A stretch of DNA of 64,000 nt from assembly GCA_009602735.1 (NCBI GenBank), contig WELA01002258.1, forward strand, positions 202,746-266,745, read 5' to 3'. The stretch comes from Mesotaenium endlicherianum. Its lineage: Eukaryota. Below, one piece after another: positions 61,701 through 64,000 of the stretch (position 1 is the first letter of the stretch; every line of letters starts with the position of its first letter). The notes beneath the pieces are model-generated. The model was given only the letters and a program-made list of their open reading frames with translations. It searched no databases and was not told where the DNA came from. The position numbers and the translations under genes are program-made.

Positions 61701-63294
61701 AAAGCAACCAGAGTTCCGCCCAAGCTGAAAAATTATGCCAGCGGCACAAGCAGACTTCTAAAGCACATTTGAACCAAACTCCAGGAGCCGATTAGAATTT
61801 ATGCCAAGGAAAGAACCTCCAGCAGCGAGGACAAGGTAAGCACGGGCACCCACAATGCTGGAGACGCCGACGTAGTAGGAGCTCCCGTACACCGTGCCGC
61901 CCATGGTGAGGATGGCAGCCACGTGGGAGTCAGCCTGCGTCTGCCACACGAGGGCCCCTGTGTTGATGTTGAGGGCTAGCACATAGGCAGCAGGCCCGAT
62001 GGCAAAGTTGGCGCTGGTGTCAATGAGGAGGAGGCCATAGGCTGCAGCTATGGCGGGCGTGGTCCTGGTCATAAGCACCACGGGGAGCTCTGTCCCTCCA
62101 AAATTGAACCTCTCCAGCACGATGCCAGTGAGGGCGGGAAGAGAGGCCTGCAGAAGGAAAGAGAGGAAATCAAAACGTCAGCAGGATGGAGTGGGAGGTC
62201 AAGACTCAAGGGCAAGAGACTTGACATCTGAAAAATGTAAAGCTGTAATTAAGTGTCTGCACTGTGAGTAGAGGTGTCCGGCCTCGAGTGTGAAATCCCG
62301 AGTGAAAAATCCTGTAACCAGTTTGAACTTTGAATATGTCTTTGAAAAAGGTAAGTATACAGTTAAAATAGGCATAGGGACTTGAATAATAATTGCGCTT
62401 ACCTTCCAGATGACAGCGCCAGTGGCCTGGTTGACAGCCCACACATAGCCCTGGAAGTCACCAAAGTAGACCACCCCGTTGTGGACGGCTGGAACGCTCG
62501 TGACGTCCCCGTAGGCGCCAGTGGGTATCTTCCACTTCTGTGTGAGTGTGGACGCACTGCGACGGCTGAGCTTGTGCTCCCCAAAGGCTCTGCGCGTGTT
62601 GTGGATGTCTCCTCCCCAGCTGCCCCACTGCACGCATGAGGGATGAATAATACCACTTTCTTCAGTGACACAGTTGTGGATATCTCTCCCCATCTGTCCA
62701 AGGCCAGGGATATATTTATGTCCTCGTTTTGATAACGCAGAGCAATTACGGTTTCTGAAGCGCGTTACTAGCAAGTCAGTGACTGCATATAGCATAAATT
62801 GTATTCCTGGAAAGCTATACAATGTTCATTCAGTACGCATGTTGTAGCTGCAGTAGAAGACTTTTCAAAAACTGGCCAAAGGCCAAAAACTTACAGTATT
62901 GCTCGATGTGGCACTTGCTGCTGCTTATTCGTGATCGTCATTGTGTCGCATCCATCCAAGAGAGCCTCAAAGTTAGTATTTGACGAGCATCTATTCACGT
63001 GAAGAAGCCAACTTAAATATACAATAATTGCTGACTGACAGAATCATATGGTGACAGTAAGTTTGTATACACTCATTGCAACCTGACAAGAGTAAAAAAC
63101 TGACAATAGTAGAAGATAAGCCACATTGAAGTTTCACACTCACAATCAACGCAATCTAATTAGCCGGCAGGCCTTCCAACCTTCATTCAATCCATGAAGC
63201 TAGATGCAGTGCCATACTCACCAGAAATGAGGAGTAGAAAGCAGCAACTAAGCAGCGCAGCTTGGCCACGTATCACGAAAGTGCTCGGAGCCAT
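58795..63294 (-). CDS. Secreted PQQ-repeat beta-propeller protein (polyvinyl-alcohol-dehydrogenase-like)
   Basis: Signal-peptide exon 63222-63294; exons near 62403-62628, 61850-62149, 61343-61446, 60795-61005, 60180-60411, 59495-59776 and 58795-59116 (approximate). WGSWGGDIHNTR, VYFGDFQGYVWAVNQATGAVIWK, GYAGSALWGSSPSID, GPDADFGMAP, GQKSGIMWAL, GPGGTFGGVSWG. Confidence 0.85.
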
Positions 63295-64000
63295 GGCTTG
63301 GTCCTCTTCTGACTCAAAGGTCCACCTTCGCCTACCTTCAGGATAGTGCCAGAAGCCTTAAAAGAGCTTCAACCTCAGCTTCTTCAAGTTGAAGCTTCCG
63401 CAAGTCTGGCAGTCGATCTCGACCAGGGACGATGAGAGACGGTATTCTCTGCCCCTCTTGTACTATATATATACTATTTACACTCAGGACTGCTCGATGG
63501 CTGGCGACACAATTTGCTGTATTCTGCAGCCGATAGACGTTGACAGGTCCTCCAACTCAAGGTGATGCCTACTTTCAGAACGTCCCGGGTGGACGTTGAA
63601 GCAAGCCCTGGCAACTTGCAAGCCCGGCTGTACCGAGGGTGCCCAATGCACCGCTGGAAACTGTGCGTGCATGTAGTCCCCAAGGCCCGCAGACGATGTA
63701 TTTTTGTTTCATCGTCGTCTTTAATGATATACAACCATCTATAACCCACCTTAAATTACACCCAATTTTTTTTACCACTTGCTACCGCTACTAGGACCAA
63801 CCAAGATCGACCACGACCTCCGATTGCCTCCAGGCTCCGACCAACTAGGGCCGAACCAGGCCAAGGCTATGCGCTCGAGGAACCAGATAATTCATGTAGA
63901 ATGGAGGGTACCGGTACACACTGCATCACACTGCATAGCCTGTAGGAGGGTGTAGGCCTGACTGAGGGCGTTGTGTCAGATTGGAAGCAGGTAAAGTCTC

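Noticed and set aside
63680..63780. GYRWLYIIK...IHRLRA resembling a Ty1/copia RT motif
   Set aside because: The similarity is short, and the following ARLVAKG motif and any other copia features are missing

Overview
Eukaryotic genomic DNA, most plausibly from a streptophyte alga or early-diverging plant (inferred from the gene content, GC-rich exons and GT-AG introns). Bases 1 to about 35,300 are a nested stack of Ty3/gypsy LTR retrotransposons, with chromodomain integrases where the C-terminus is visible, plus a probable piggyBac remnant. The inferred nesting is E > piggyBac > D > A > {B, solo LTR, C}; target-site duplications are visible at both ends for B, the solo LTR and C. Element C (14504-23297, minus strand) is intact and is the most notable feature. 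After gag and a chromodomain pol it carries a third, sense-strand, non-envelope ORF of about 558 aa. This ORF is preceded by a duplicate of the polypurine tract and by an apparent short spliceosomal intron ending just before its ATG. The same cassette recurs in two diverged, decayed copies (A and E). From about 39.5 kb there are four intron-containing host genes: a CURT1/CAAD-like protein with a coiled-coil repeat extension, a KNB36-like protein, an SLC4/BOR transporter with a very long disordered tail, and a secreted PQQ-type beta-propeller protein. All assignments are by eye; no database searches were run.
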